64,000 nucleotides of DNA from a bacterium (GCA_965213625.1 CBDBZU010000004.1:1024001-1088000); one strand, 5' to 3'. Shown: positions 49,725 through 59,931, counted from the stretch's first letter. Made by a program: numbers and translations. Notes: generated by a model not told the origin, from the sequence alone.

Positions 49725-50654
49725 ATGGTTGTCGACGACAGGGCGGCGACGCTCGACATCGAAATTGATGAGGACATGGAACGCGGGCCGAGCGATTTTC
49801 AGCTGGCCATTCAGGAACTCAAGCGCAGGCCGCCGGCGATCTTTGGTGCGTTTTTCGTCTCTCTCGTTATCATATTCGCCCTCGTGCCGGATTTGTTCTC
49901 TCCGCTGGACCCGCTCTCGCAGGACCTGGGGCGCTATCTCAAGGCGCCCGGCTTTGTGGACAAGGCGGGAGATACCTACTGGCTCGGCACCGACCAGCAG
50001 GGCCGCGATATCTTAAGCCGCATCATCTGGGGCTCGCGCATATCGCTCATCGTCGGCATCGCCGCCGTCATCGTGAGCGGACTCATCGGCATCACGGTCG
50101 GCATATTCGCGGGCTATTTCGGCGGCTGGGTGGATACCGTCATCAGCCGCATCATCGATACGGCCCTGGCCGTTCCCTTCATCCTGCTGGCCATCAGCCT
50201 GGTGGCGATACTGGGGCCGAGCCTGCAGAACATCGTCCTGGTCATTGCGCTCAGGACCTGGCTCGTCTACGCGCGGGTGGTGCGCGCGGAGGTTCTCTCC
50301 ATCAAGGAGAACGAGTTTGTTACCGGCGCGAAGGCGACCGGCTGCGGCACGATACGGATCCTGTTCATCTACCTCTTCCCGAACGTGGCTTCCACGACCA
50401 TCGTCATCGCCACCCTGTACCTGGGCCGGATGATCATCATCGAATCCGCACTCTCCTTCCTGGGGCTGGGCGTGCCGCCTCCCACGCCGACGTGGGGCGG
50501 AATGCTCGCCGACGGCAGGAGCTTCCTCGACACGGCCTGGTGGATAGCGCTCTTCCCGGGCCTCATCCTCATGCTCACGGTCCTGAGTGTGAACCTTCTG
50601 GGCGACTGGCTGCGCGACGTGCTCGACCCGAGAATGAAGCGCCTGGCCGATTAG
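49725..50654 (+). CDS. Peptide/nickel ABC permease (DppC-like)
   Basis: LGTDQQGRD, ESALSFLGLG and GDWLRDVLDP motifs. Confidence 0.9.
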   Translation: MVVDDRAATLDIEIDEDMERGPSDFQLAIQELKRRPPAIFGAFFVSLVIIFALVPDLFSPLDPLSQDLGRYLKAPGFVDKAGDTYWLGTDQQGRDILSRIIWGSRISLIVGIAAVIVSGLIGITVGIFAGYFGGWVDTVISRIIDTALAVPFILLAISLVAILGPSLQNIVLVIALRTWLVYARVVRAEVLSIKENEFVTGAKATGCGTIRILFIYLFPNVASTTIVIATLYLGRMIIIESALSFLGLGVPPPTPTWGGMLADGRSFLDTAWWIALFPGLILMLTVLSVNLLGDWLRDVLDPRMKRLAD

Positions 50655-50679
50655 CGCCCACCGCGGGAGGAACCTCTCC

Positions 50680-51672
50680 ATGTCGAACCCCGAACTTCCC
50701 TCGAGCGTTCTCGTGCGCGATGTCGTCATGCGCGACGGCATCCAGAACCTGAAACAGGTGCTGCCCACGGAACTTAAAATCGAGATTATCGAAGGGCTCG
50801 CCGACGCCGGTATCCGCCGCATCGAGGCCACGAGCTTCATGAACCCAAAGGCGGTTCCCGCCACGGCTGACGCGGATGAGGTGATGCGCCGCATCAAGAG
50901 AAAGCCGGGCGTGCTGTATGAGTGCCTGGTCGCCAACGAGCGCGGCGCGCGCCGGGCGGTGGACGCAGGGAGCGACGGGGTTCAGCAGGTCATCTCCATC
51001 ACGGACGTGCATAACCGCGCGAACGTGAACCGCTCCGTGAAGCAGAGCCTGGATGAGATGGCCAAAATCTCTAAAATCGTGAAGGGTGCGGGCATCCCCT
51101 TCAGCGGGGCGATAAGCCTCTCGACGGGGTGTCCCTACACCGGGCGCGTAGCCGAAGAGGTGGTCTACGACATCGCCGAGAAATACGACGGGCTGGGTGT
51201 GGACGAGTTTTTCCTGTGCGATTCGATGGGCATGGGCGACCCCGCGCGGATGGGCCGCATGGTGAGCGAACTTAAAGCTCGCTGGCCGGAGAAGGGTCTC
51301 GTCGTGCACCTGCACAACACGCGGGGCATGGGGCTCGCCAACGCTCTGGCTTCGATGCAGGCGGGAGCGGACGTGCTGGACGGTTCCCTGGGCGGCATCG
51401 GGGGCTGTCCCTTCGCGCCGAACGCCTCGGGCAACATATCGACCGAGGACCTGGCCCACATGTTATGGCTGATGGAGGTGGAAACGGGGGTGGACGTGGA
51501 TGCACTTATCCATCTCGCGGAAAAGCTGGCCGACGCCATGGAAGCGCCCATGTACGGGACGGTGCTCAAGGCGGGGAAGAGCTTTAAGAAGACGCCTACG
51601 CCCGAGTGGCTCCTGGTGGATGAGGACGCCCGCACCACCCAGGCGGTGGATGAGTTGGCCGTGCGGTTCTAG
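50680..51672 (+). CDS. Hydroxymethylglutaryl-CoA lyase family protein
   Basis: RDGIQN, HLHNTRG and GGCPFAP.ASGN motifs. Confidence 0.88.
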   Translation: MSNPELPSSVLVRDVVMRDGIQNLKQVLPTELKIEIIEGLADAGIRRIEATSFMNPKAVPATADADEVMRRIKRKPGVLYECLVANERGARRAVDAGSDGVQQVISITDVHNRANVNRSVKQSLDEMAKISKIVKGAGIPFSGAISLSTGCPYTGRVAEEVVYDIAEKYDGLGVDEFFLCDSMGMGDPARMGRMVSELKARWPEKGLVVHLHNTRGMGLANALASMQAGADVLDGSLGGIGGCPFAPNASGNISTEDLAHMLWLMEVETGVDVDALIHLAEKLADAMEAPMYGTVLKAGKSFKKTPTPEWLLVDEDARTTQAVDELAVRF

Positions 51673-51808
51673 CTAGGCGGGATGAGGGTTTTACAGGGGC
51701 GTCATTCAAGGGGGGAGTGATTCTTCTCTCTCCCCGGTAGGTAAGATACGCTCGGTCTCGAAACCAGAACTTTTCAACAAACGCTTCCCGGTCGCGATTG
51801 ACCCGCCA

Positions 51809-53020
51809 TCACCCCAGGTCGATTCCCTCACGCTTTAGTTTTTCTTCCGTGTAGCCGAGGCGATCCACCAAGACCTCGCGGTTGCTGTTTCCCAGGGGCT
51901 CGCCCGCATGGCGCACCTTGCCGGGCGTGCGCGAGAGCTTGCCGAAGGCCTCCTGCATCCGCACCGGGCCGCCGAGTTCCGCATCTTGCACCTCGGTGAT
52001 GTTCCCCCGCGCGACCACTTGTTCGTTCTCCACCACCATCTTCACGTTGTTGATGGGGGTGGCCGCGCCGTCGAACTCGGTCAAGCGTTCCATCACCTCA
52101 TCGAGCGTCAGGGTATTCAGGGTCTTCTGGAGTTCATCCTCGATGGCGTCCGCGTTCTTCATACGCTCACGGTTGTCGGCGAACCTGGGGTCAGCTATCA
52201 GATCCTCGCGTCCCAGGCCCTTGCAGATGTTCTCGAAGATGGACTGGTTCGAACCCGCGATGAGCACCCATTGGCCGTCTTTGGTCTCGAAGTTGTTCCG
52301 GGGCACCGCGAACTCGAGGCGCGAGCCGCTTCTGCCCTGGATGAAGCCGAGTTGATCGTAATAGATCACCTGGGGACCCAGCATGGTGAGCAACTGCTCG
52401 TAGATCGCCAGATCTATCTGCTGGCCCGCGCCGCCCCTCCGCTCGCGCTCGAGTAGGGCGGTCATCACCAGAAACGCCGCGCCGATGCCCGTGGAGCAAT
52501 CGCCCAGCCCCCAGGAGGGACTGAGGGGTGGGCCGTCGGGGTAGCCGTTGATGTGGCTGAAGCCCGCGAAGGCCTCGGCCAGGGAGCCGAATCCGGGGCG
52601 GTTTTTGTACGGCCCCGTTCTGCCGAATCCCGTGATGGAGAGCATGATGACGGCGGGGTTCACCTCTTTTAATTTCTCGTAGTCGAGCCCCCATTTTTCG
52701 AGTACACCGGTGCGGTAGTTCTCCACCACGACGTCGGCCCCGGCCACGAGTTTCTTGACCGCCTCGACGCCGAAGGGGGTTCTCAAGTCGAGCGTGACGC
52801 TCTTCTTGTTGCGGTTGATCATCTTGTAGTAGAGGCCCACGCCGTTTTTGTTGTGGCCCCAAAGGCGCATGGGATCGCCGCCCCTGGGATTTTCGATCTT
52901 GACGACGCCCGCACCGTAGTCGGCGAGATACATGGTGCAGAGCGGCCCCGCCAGATAGTTCGACATATCCACGACCCGCACGCCTTCCAAAGGCATGCGC
53001 GTGGTTTGCTCATCGTTCAT
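51809..53020 (-). CDS. CaiB/BaiF family III CoA-transferase
   Basis: LEGVRVVD, AGP, NRNKKS, ENYR and ITGFGRTGPY motifs. Confidence 0.9.
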   Translation of the reverse strand: MNDEQTTRMPLEGVRVVDMSNYLAGPLCTMYLADYGAGVVKIENPRGGDPMRLWGHNKNGVGLYYKMINRNKKSVTLDLRTPFGVEAVKKLVAGADVVVENYRTGVLEKWGLDYEKLKEVNPAVIMLSITGFGRTGPYKNRPGFGSLAEAFAGFSHINGYPDGPPLSPSWGLGDCSTGIGAAFLVMTALLERERRGGAGQQIDLAIYEQLLTMLGPQVIYYDQLGFIQGRSGSRLEFAVPRNNFETKDGQWVLIAGSNQSIFENICKGLGREDLIADPRFADNRERMKNADAIEDELQKTLNTLTLDEVMERLTEFDGAATPINNVKMVVENEQVVARGNITEVQDAELGGPVRMQEAFGKLSRTPGKVRHAGEPLGNSNREVLVDRLGYTEEKLKREGIDLG

Positions 53021-53129
53021 GGGTTTTCCTCACGAGAAAATGTTCGCTTGCGTGTTCAGGAAACGGGGAGAATGCTATCATCCGGCGAAGCCTTTTGAAA
53101 TCAACCGAAGACTTTACGGGGAGAAAGCG

Positions 53130-54242
53130 ATGGGCTACCGGGGGATGCACGTCGTGGACGCCGACGCGCACTATCTCGAGGAAATCCGCGATTTCGCCAA
53201 GTACCTGAAGGGTCCCTCCGTCGAGCGCTTCGCCGACTGGAGCGGGCAGTACCACATGCCCGCCCTCGTGGGGGATCAGTACGACGTCATGCTTCACGGC
53301 CGTACCGTGCGGGGCGCCGAGGCCGGTAAGGGCGATCAGGACGAGATGCTCGGCATGTCGAGTCCCGCCGACATCCCCGTCGTGATGGAGCGCTTCGGCA
53401 TCGATACCATCGTCATGATTCCCACCTACATGCTCATGGTCGAGTTCGTGCGCAATGCGAACCACGCAATGGACATCTGCAACGGCTACATCGACTACAT
53501 GCTGGACGGCGTGTGCGCGCCAGAGGAGGGAATCTACACGCTGGTAGTGGCCGCAGGCCGCGACCCAGAACGCGCCGCGAAGATGATAGACCGCGTGGCG
53601 GGCAATCCGGCAGTCTGCGGGGTGGAGATGCTCGGCAGCGTCGAGCTTCCCCTGGGCGCCGAGGCGTACAATCCCATCTACGAGGCGGCGCAGCACCACG
53701 GGCTTCCCATCGTCTTGCACGCGAACTTCCTGGGGCCCGACCTTTCGAGCTTCGCCAAGTTTCCCTCCTTCGTCGAGAGCCACGCGCTGGACATGACCTG
53801 GTGCAACCAGGTGCAACTGGTGAGCATGGTGATGGAGGGAGTGCCCGAGCGGTACCCGGACCTCAAGATCGTCTTTCAGGAAAGCGGCATCACCTGGGTG
53901 GCGGGCCTCATGTACCGTCTGGACACCGAATACATGCGCCGCCGGGTGGAAGCACCCCTGCTCAGGAAGCTGCCGAGCGAATACATCAAGGATTTCTACT
54001 TCGGCACCCAGCCGATGGAGGAGATGCCGAGAAAACAGCTCAGGATGTTCTTCGAGATGCTCGATGCGGAGAACACTTTCCTGTTCGCGAGCGACTGGCC
54101 CCATTTCGATTACGACGAACCCTCGGCCATTGCAGACCTCCCGTTCTTAAGCGAGGCGGGCCGCCGCAAGATCATGGGCGAGAACGCCTTGGGCGTCTTC
54201 CGCTTCACGGAAAAGACGGTGAACCTGGAGGTGAGCGCGTAG
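53130..54242 (+). CDS. Amidohydrolase_2 family protein (possible dinuclear oxygenase)
   Basis: DADAH, H, QESG and SDWPHFD motifs. Confidence 0.8.
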   Translation: MGYRGMHVVDADAHYLEEIRDFAKYLKGPSVERFADWSGQYHMPALVGDQYDVMLHGRTVRGAEAGKGDQDEMLGMSSPADIPVVMERFGIDTIVMIPTYMLMVEFVRNANHAMDICNGYIDYMLDGVCAPEEGIYTLVVAAGRDPERAAKMIDRVAGNPAVCGVEMLGSVELPLGAEAYNPIYEAAQHHGLPIVLHANFLGPDLSSFAKFPSFVESHALDMTWCNQVQLVSMVMEGVPERYPDLKIVFQESGITWVAGLMYRLDTEYMRRRVEAPLLRKLPSEYIKDFYFGTQPMEEMPRKQLRMFFEMLDAENTFLFASDWPHFDYDEPSAIADLPFLSEAGRRKIMGENALGVFRFTEKTVNLEVSA

Positions 54243-54619
54243 TGGCGAGGCGGCTCTGGGCGGCGCGCGCGTCCGAGATAGGCCCCGGCGAGCGGATTCG
54301 CCTGGAGCTGGGCGGCCTGAAACTCGGCATCTTCCGGTTGAGCGACGGATTTTTCGCCCTGGAGGACAAATGCCCCCACCAGCAGGGCCCCGTCTGCTCA
54401 GGAAACCTATTTCGTGAGATCACGGCCACTGTGGGGGAGGACGGCAAGGTGCAAGAGCACTACGCGCGCGATGAGGCGGACGTGGTCGCGTGCCCCATGC
54501 ACGGCTGGGAGTTCGAAGTAAGAACGGGGGAATGTCTCGCCAACCGCAGGCGGAAGGTCCAGTGCTTTCCCGTGGAAGTCGACGGCGAGGACCTCTACGT
54601 CCTCCTGCCGGGAGGGTGA
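54242..54619 (+). CDS. Rieske [2Fe-2S] ferredoxin
   Basis: CPHQQGP...CPMHGWEF; GTG start overlaps the upstream stop. Confidence 0.85.
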   Translation: MARRLWAARASEIGPGERIRLELGGLKLGIFRLSDGFFALEDKCPHQQGPVCSGNLFREITATVGEDGKVQEHYARDEADVVACPMHGWEFEVRTGECLANRRRKVQCFPVEVDGEDLYVLLPGG

Positions 54620-54647
54620 GGGTGGCTACTTCGACGATTCTCCCTTC

Positions 54648-54678
54648 TTGACAATCCCGCCGGTAACGCCTCTATAAT
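54648..54678 (+). promoter_or_regulatory. Consensus sigma70 promoter with 19-bp spacer
   Basis: TTGACA-N19-TATAAT upstream of the VOC gene. Confidence 0.55.
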
Positions 54679-54763
54679 TTCAAGCATACTCACAAGTACG
54701 ATTCGGACAGGCGAGAGGGGGATGCCTCCTCTTTTTCGGCTCACCTTTTCTGGAGGGGATACG

Positions 54764-55156
54764 ATGTCCATGCCCACCTACGGTTACGACCATCTGCACT
54801 TTCGAAGCGAGGACCCCCACGCCGCCAGAAAGTTCTGGGAGGATATGTTCGGCGCGAAAGTGATGGAAGAGGGCGACCTGGGCGGCTCGCCCATTTTCAG
54901 GTTCGATCTGAACGGCATGAGCTTTCTTGTCTCGGGCCGGGCGGAGGGTGAGAACCCCGTCCACACGACGAGCGACCCGCGCTACGGGCTGGACCATTTC
55001 GGACTCGTCGTCGACGACATGGACAGGGCCGAGGCCGACCTTCGCGCGAAGGGGGCCGACTTCATCTGCGACCCGTGGGAGATCGGCCCGGGCACGAAGA
55101 TCGCCTTCATCAGAGGGCCGGACGACATCAGCATCGAGCTCGTCTCGCGGAGCTAG
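54764..55156 (+). CDS. VOC/glyoxalase family protein
   Basis: DHLH, GLDHFG and AFIRGPD.ISIEL motifs. Confidence 0.85.
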   Translation: MSMPTYGYDHLHFRSEDPHAARKFWEDMFGAKVMEEGDLGGSPIFRFDLNGMSFLVSGRAEGENPVHTTSDPRYGLDHFGLVVDDMDRAEADLRAKGADFICDPWEIGPGTKIAFIRGPDDISIELVSRS

Positions 55157-55193
55157 GCGGTTCGCATGGCACGCCTGGGCGTTGTGTTCAAAA

Positions 55194-55222
55194 TTGACAG
55201 CGCGGGGAAATCCTGCTAGCGT
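55194..55222 (+). promoter_or_regulatory. Sigma70-like promoter of the carbohydrate-type ABC operon
   Basis: TTGACA-N17-TAGCGT with extended -10 TG. Confidence 0.55.
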
Positions 55223-55503
55223 TTTTTCATAGCTACAGTACCAGTTGAGGTTGGTTGAGGATTTATCGAACGCCGGAGAGTGGGAATCGCGAACCGGTGG
55301 TATCGTCGCCTCCAGGGGATTGTTGCCCCGTTTCGCCTCCTGCCGTTAACACGCTTCCCATCTCTTCGTCTGAAATCCGAGTGAACCGAGAGGCCCTGCC
55401 CAGGGTTTCTTGATGGACGTTATGGACTGGTTCTGCCCCCGATGGCGGATCGCCCGTGCCACGGGGAGCGCAAGTTCTCTTGGGCGACGATGGAGGGTTG
55501 ACC

Positions 55504-56841
55504 ATGAAAGAACTCGGATTGAGTCGTCGGAAACTCCTTCGCAATGCCGCGCTTGGAACGGCCGCCATGGCATTGCCCGTCTCGCAGGCGACGCCCTCGG
55601 CGGCGATGGTGAAAAAGCTCAACTTCTACAGCTGGACCTACGGGATCAGCTTCGTGAAGCAGCGTATCGCCGAGTTCGAGAAGCTCGCCAAGGTCAAGAT
55701 CAACTACGGGAACACGCCGGGCAGCAAGTACCACGACGCCCTGGTCGTCAAGTTCTCGGGGAAAACCCCTCTCGACGTCATCTACATGATCGACGGGCAC
55801 CTCGCCGAGTTCGTCGAGGCGGGCTGGCTCTACCCCATCGATGAGTTCCCGCGCGTTGACGAATATAGAAAAGAGTTCATCGGCCCGACCGCCGATGCGC
55901 TCACCTATAACGGTAAGCTCTACGGCCTGCCCTACTATGTGGGCCACATGGCGTTCCTCTACAACGAGGAGCATCTGGAGAAGGCGGGCATCGGCGCTCC
56001 TCCCAAGACCTGGGACGAGGTGGTCCAGCAGAGCCTCCAGATCAAGAGCAAGGGGATTCAGGAGTATCCTTTCCTCCAGTTCCTGAAAGCCGATTTCTGG
56101 ATGGGCGAGTTGCTCTTCACCATGATGTACAGCCGGGGCGGGCGGTTCGTCGACGAGAAGTACAACGTCATGAACTACGACAAGGAAGGTTCCGCGGCGG
56201 CGCAGTCGATCCAGTGGATCATCGACGCGGCCAAGAAGCACAAGATCACGCAGCCCGGCTTCCTGGAGCTCAACGAAGTCGCCGCGCTCAAGGCCTTCAG
56301 CAGCGGCACGGGCAGCTTCGCCATCCTGCCGAACTACCGGCTGCGGGCGGCGAACGAGCCCAAATCCTCCAAGGTGGCCGGCAAGGTCAAGATGGCCCTC
56401 ATTCCCACCGCCAACAACGCCAAGCCCAACGTGTGCGGCTGGACGAGGGCCTACAGCATGACCGCCTCGGCCGCGAAGGACCCCGCGCGCAAGGCGATGG
56501 CCTGGAAGATGGTCGACTTCCTGGGCGGCAAGGACAAGTCGGGCACCTACCGCACCGCGAAGAAGTGGTTCACCGAGTTCGGCCTGGGCTTCGGCCATGC
56601 GCCGCTGTTCAAGGACCCCGACATCATCGCGGCCGCGAACAATTGGGGCGAGGCGAAACTGTTCGAGAGCCAGATGGCGCTCAGTAAGCCCAAGGACGGG
56701 CAGAAGGCCGTCTGGTACGCCGAGTGGGATCAGTACATGCGTCCGCGCGTCCACAAGGCAATCCTGGGCCAGGCCGACATCGTCGGCACGCTCAAGACCC
56801 TGACCAAGCAGTGGAACAGACTGAAGAGGCGTTACGGTTAG
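55504..56841 (+). CDS. CUT1 (sugar-type) ABC substrate-binding protein with Tat signal
   Basis: LSRRKLL twin-arginine motif; YNGKLYGLP and PPKTWDE motifs. Confidence 0.88.
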   Translation: MKELGLSRRKLLRNAALGTAAMALPVSQATPSAAMVKKLNFYSWTYGISFVKQRIAEFEKLAKVKINYGNTPGSKYHDALVVKFSGKTPLDVIYMIDGHLAEFVEAGWLYPIDEFPRVDEYRKEFIGPTADALTYNGKLYGLPYYVGHMAFLYNEEHLEKAGIGAPPKTWDEVVQQSLQIKSKGIQEYPFLQFLKADFWMGELLFTMMYSRGGRFVDEKYNVMNYDKEGSAAAQSIQWIIDAAKKHKITQPGFLELNEVAALKAFSSGTGSFAILPNYRLRAANEPKSSKVAGKVKMALIPTANNAKPNVCGWTRAYSMTASAAKDPARKAMAWKMVDFLGGKDKSGTYRTAKKWFTEFGLGFGHAPLFKDPDIIAAANNWGEAKLFESQMALSKPKDGQKAVWYAEWDQYMRPRVHKAILGQADIVGTLKTLTKQWNRLKRRYG

Positions 56842-56853
56842 ACGCAAGTGGTT

Positions 56854-56885
56854 GCCTCCCCCGGCGGTGGACCGCCGGGGGAGGC
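56854..56885. other. Perfect 15-bp inverted repeat between SBP and permease genes (likely mRNA-stabilising or attenuating hairpin)
   Basis: GCCTCCCCCGGCGGT-GG-ACCGCCGGGGGAGGC. Confidence 0.55.
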
Positions 56886-56901
56886 GCGATGGAGGTTTTC
56901 C

Positions 56902-57855
56902 TTGGCGAATATCCTGTCCGTCGAAGGAGCTAAACCCGCCGCGCAGGCGGGCCTGAAGGGCTGGTTCGCCCGGCGCACGCAGACCGAAGGCGGCATTGCG
57001 ATGTTCTTCGTGGGGCCGGCGCTGCTGCTGATGGTGCTGCTCAACATCTATCCCATCCTGCATTCGTTCTACGTCAGCGTCCACGTCTATAACCTGAAGC
57101 GGCCCCACAGAAACCCCTTCGTGGGTTTCGAGAACTACGTCATGTTCCTGGAGAGTGAGGATTTCTACAACGCGTTCATTAACACGATAGTCTTCGTCGT
57201 GGTGTCGGTGATCGCCGTGGCTCTGCTCGGACTCATCTTCTCCCTGGCGCTCAATGAACTGGGCGCCGGCGTGCGCAGGTGGGTGGTGCCGCTCATTCTC
57301 GTCCCCTGGGCGGTGCCCTACGTGGCGAACGGTCTCATCTGGGAGTGGATCTACCATTCCGACTACGGGATATTGAACGGGCTTCTGGTTGCCCTTGGCG
57401 TCATCGACAAGTACCAGACATGGCTCAGCAACCCCGACCGCGCGCTCTATACCCTCGTGAACGCCTTCGTCTGGAAGGAGGTTCCCCTGGCCACCGTCTT
57501 GTTCCTGACGGCGCTCCAGGCGATACCCGAAGACCTCTACAGCGCGGCCAAGATCGACCAGGCGGGCGCTTCGAGGCGTTTCTGGCACATCACCCTGCCC
57601 GCGCTCAAGCTGGCCTTTCTGCTGGTGCTGGTCTACACCTCGATAATTTCCATCAAGACATTCGACCTGGTCTATATCCTGACAGAGGGAGGCCCGGGCG
57701 ACGCGACTGCGCTCGTCTCCTGGTACACCTACGTGGAGACCTTCCGGAATCTGCAGTTCGGCTCCGGCGCGTCGATTTCCTACGTAATTGCCATCGCCAC
57801 CTTCATCCTGGCGATCGGCTATATCAAGATCCTCTACAGGCCGCAGGAGAGTTGA
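56902..57855 (+). CDS. Carbohydrate ABC permease (MalF-like)
   Basis: FVGFENY; EAA-type loop IPEDLYSAAKIDQAG; start approximate. Confidence 0.88.
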   Translation: MANILSVEGAKPAAQAGLKGWFARRTQTEGGIAMFFVGPALLLMVLLNIYPILHSFYVSVHVYNLKRPHRNPFVGFENYVMFLESEDFYNAFINTIVFVVVSVIAVALLGLIFSLALNELGAGVRRWVVPLILVPWAVPYVANGLIWEWIYHSDYGILNGLLVALGVIDKYQTWLSNPDRALYTLVNAFVWKEVPLATVLFLTALQAIPEDLYSAAKIDQAGASRRFWHITLPALKLAFLLVLVYTSIISIKTFDLVYILTEGGPGDATALVSWYTYVETFRNLQFGSGASISYVIAIATFILAIGYIKILYRPQES

Positions 57856-57857
57856 TT

Positions 57858-58796
57858 ATGGCTGCCCCGAGCGTTCCCGACATCAAGGAGATTCAAAGAT
57901 ACCGCCAGGCCGCCATCGTGGGGCGCATCGGGCTGTATTTGATCGTCGCCGTCATGCTCTTCTACGCCATCTCGCCTTTCTACTGGATGCTCAATTCGAG
58001 TCTCCAGTTCGAAAAGGACGTGGTGTCGGTTCCGCCCAACTGGGTTCCGCCCGCGCTCAACATCGGCAACTTCGAGGAAATTATTCTCAGAAAACCCGCC
58101 GATACGAGCGTCGCCTTCGACAAGAAGATGGCCGGATACTCCACGTTCCCCACGGCCGACGTGCTGCCCTCGATGTGGAACAGTTTCGTCGTGGCGTTTG
58201 GCGTCACCATCATCAACGTCATCCTGGGCTGCCTGGCGGCGTACGGCTTCGCGCGTCTTTACTTCAAGGGGAAACAGTCCCTTTTCTACATCGTGCTGGC
58301 GTCGCGCATCGTGCCCGAAGTGTCGCTGATCGTCCCCTTTTACCTGATGATCCGCGGGCTAGGTTTGCTGGATACCTATATGGGGCTCATCGTGGCCTAT
58401 ATTCCGATTTCGCTTCCCCTGGCGATCTTCGTGCTGGTCGCTTATTTCGAGACCGTCCCGCAGGAAATAGAAAGCGCCGCGCGCGTGGACGGCTGCAACC
58501 GCTTCCAGACGCTCTGGCGGGTGATTCTGCCGCTTTCGACGCCTGCGATCGTCACCGCCGGGGTGTTCGTGTTCCTCACGAGCTGGAACGAGTTCCTCTT
58601 CCCGCTCGTTCTGACCCAGACGATGAATACCCGGCCCATCACGGTGACGCTGCTTGATTTCGTCTCCGAGTTTTCGGTGAGCTACGCGCGGATGAACGCC
58701 GCCGGCGTCGCCTGCGTCGTGATTCCCGTCGCCCTGGCCCTCATGTTCCAGCGCTATTTCGTGCGCGGGCTGACGGCGGGGGCGGTGAAGGGCTAG
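57858..58796 (+). CDS. Carbohydrate ABC permease (MalG-like)
   Basis: EIESAARVDG, WNEFL and GLTAGAVKG motifs. Confidence 0.88.
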   Translation: MAAPSVPDIKEIQRYRQAAIVGRIGLYLIVAVMLFYAISPFYWMLNSSLQFEKDVVSVPPNWVPPALNIGNFEEIILRKPADTSVAFDKKMAGYSTFPTADVLPSMWNSFVVAFGVTIINVILGCLAAYGFARLYFKGKQSLFYIVLASRIVPEVSLIVPFYLMIRGLGLLDTYMGLIVAYIPISLPLAIFVLVAYFETVPQEIESAARVDGCNRFQTLWRVILPLSTPAIVTAGVFVFLTSWNEFLFPLVLTQTMNTRPITVTLLDFVSEFSVSYARMNAAGVACVVIPVALALMFQRYFVRGLTAGAVKG

Positions 58797-58816
58797 CCGG
58801 TTTTCCATAGGAGCGC

Positions 58817-59911
58817 GTGAGAATGGCGAAAGTCGTGTTGGAGAATCTGAGCAAGAACTACGGCGATGTGGTCGCGGTCGACAACGTGGACCTCGAAATC
58901 GAAGACGGCAGGTTCGTCGTCCTTCTGGGTCCTTCGGGGTGCGGGAAGACCACCATTCTGAACGTGGTAGCGGGTCTACTCGACCCCACCGAGGGCGCGA
59001 TTCTCATCGACGGGGTGGACGTTCGTCACATCCCGGCCCACAAACGCAACATGGCCATGGTGTTCCAGAGCTACGCCCTCTATCCCCACCTCCGGGTGCG
59101 GGACAATCTGGCCTTTCCGCTTCGGATGATGAAGATGTCCAAGGCGGAAGTCGAGGAGAAGGTCCGCTGGGCGGCCGAGGCGCTCGATATCGAGGAGCTT
59201 CTGGCCCGCAGACCCCGCGAATTATCCGGCGGGCAGCGCCAGCGGGTGGCGCTGGGCCGGGCCATCGTCCGCGAACCCTGGGCATTCCTGATGGATGAGC
59301 CGCTCTCGAACCTCGACGCGGCGCTCAGGGTCGAGATGCGCGCCGAGCTCAAAAAGCTACACCGCCGTCTCGAGACCACCATGATCTACGTGACCCACGA
59401 TCAGGTGGAGGCGCTCAACATGGCGGACGAGATAGCGCTCTTAAAAGACGGCTTGCTCCAGCAATACGCTTCTCCCTATTCCGTCTATCACGAACCGGCG
59501 AACACGTTCGTGGCGCAGTTCGTGGGCACGCCGCCGATGAACCTCATCCCCGGCGCCCTGGAGCAGGAAAACGGGAGGCTGAGTTTCCGCTACGGGAACT
59601 TCGCCGTGGAGCCTTCACCGGAACTCCGCAAGCGCCTAGAGGAGAAGGAGAGGGAGCAGGTGATTCTGGGGATTCGCCCCGAGGACGTCGTCGTGACGGC
59701 CGCTGGAGGCGATGGGGACGGTCACCTGAGCAAGGTTCTGCTCCTGGAGCCTTACGGGGCGGATCAGGTGCTGGAACTCGCCTTCGAGGACGTATCGATT
59801 ATGGCGCGCACCGACTCGACTTTCAGAGTCGATATGGGGGATGAGACCCGCGTTGGGATGCGCGAGGACAAACTTTTCTTCTTTGACGCCGACACCCAAC
59901 TGGCAATCTGA
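58817..59911 (+). CDS. Carbohydrate ABC ATP-binding protein (MalK-like)
   Basis: GPSGCGKT, LSGGQRQR, MDEPLSNLD and VTHDQ motifs. Confidence 0.92.
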   Translation: MRMAKVVLENLSKNYGDVVAVDNVDLEIEDGRFVVLLGPSGCGKTTILNVVAGLLDPTEGAILIDGVDVRHIPAHKRNMAMVFQSYALYPHLRVRDNLAFPLRMMKMSKAEVEEKVRWAAEALDIEELLARRPRELSGGQRQRVALGRAIVREPWAFLMDEPLSNLDAALRVEMRAELKKLHRRLETTMIYVTHDQVEALNMADEIALLKDGLLQQYASPYSVYHEPANTFVAQFVGTPPMNLIPGALEQENGRLSFRYGNFAVEPSPELRKRLEEKEREQVILGIRPEDVVVTAAGGDGDGHLSKVLLLEPYGADQVLELAFEDVSIMARTDSTFRVDMGDETRVGMREDKLFFFDADTQLAI

Positions 59912-59931
59912 GGCCCCGACGCTTCACGGCC

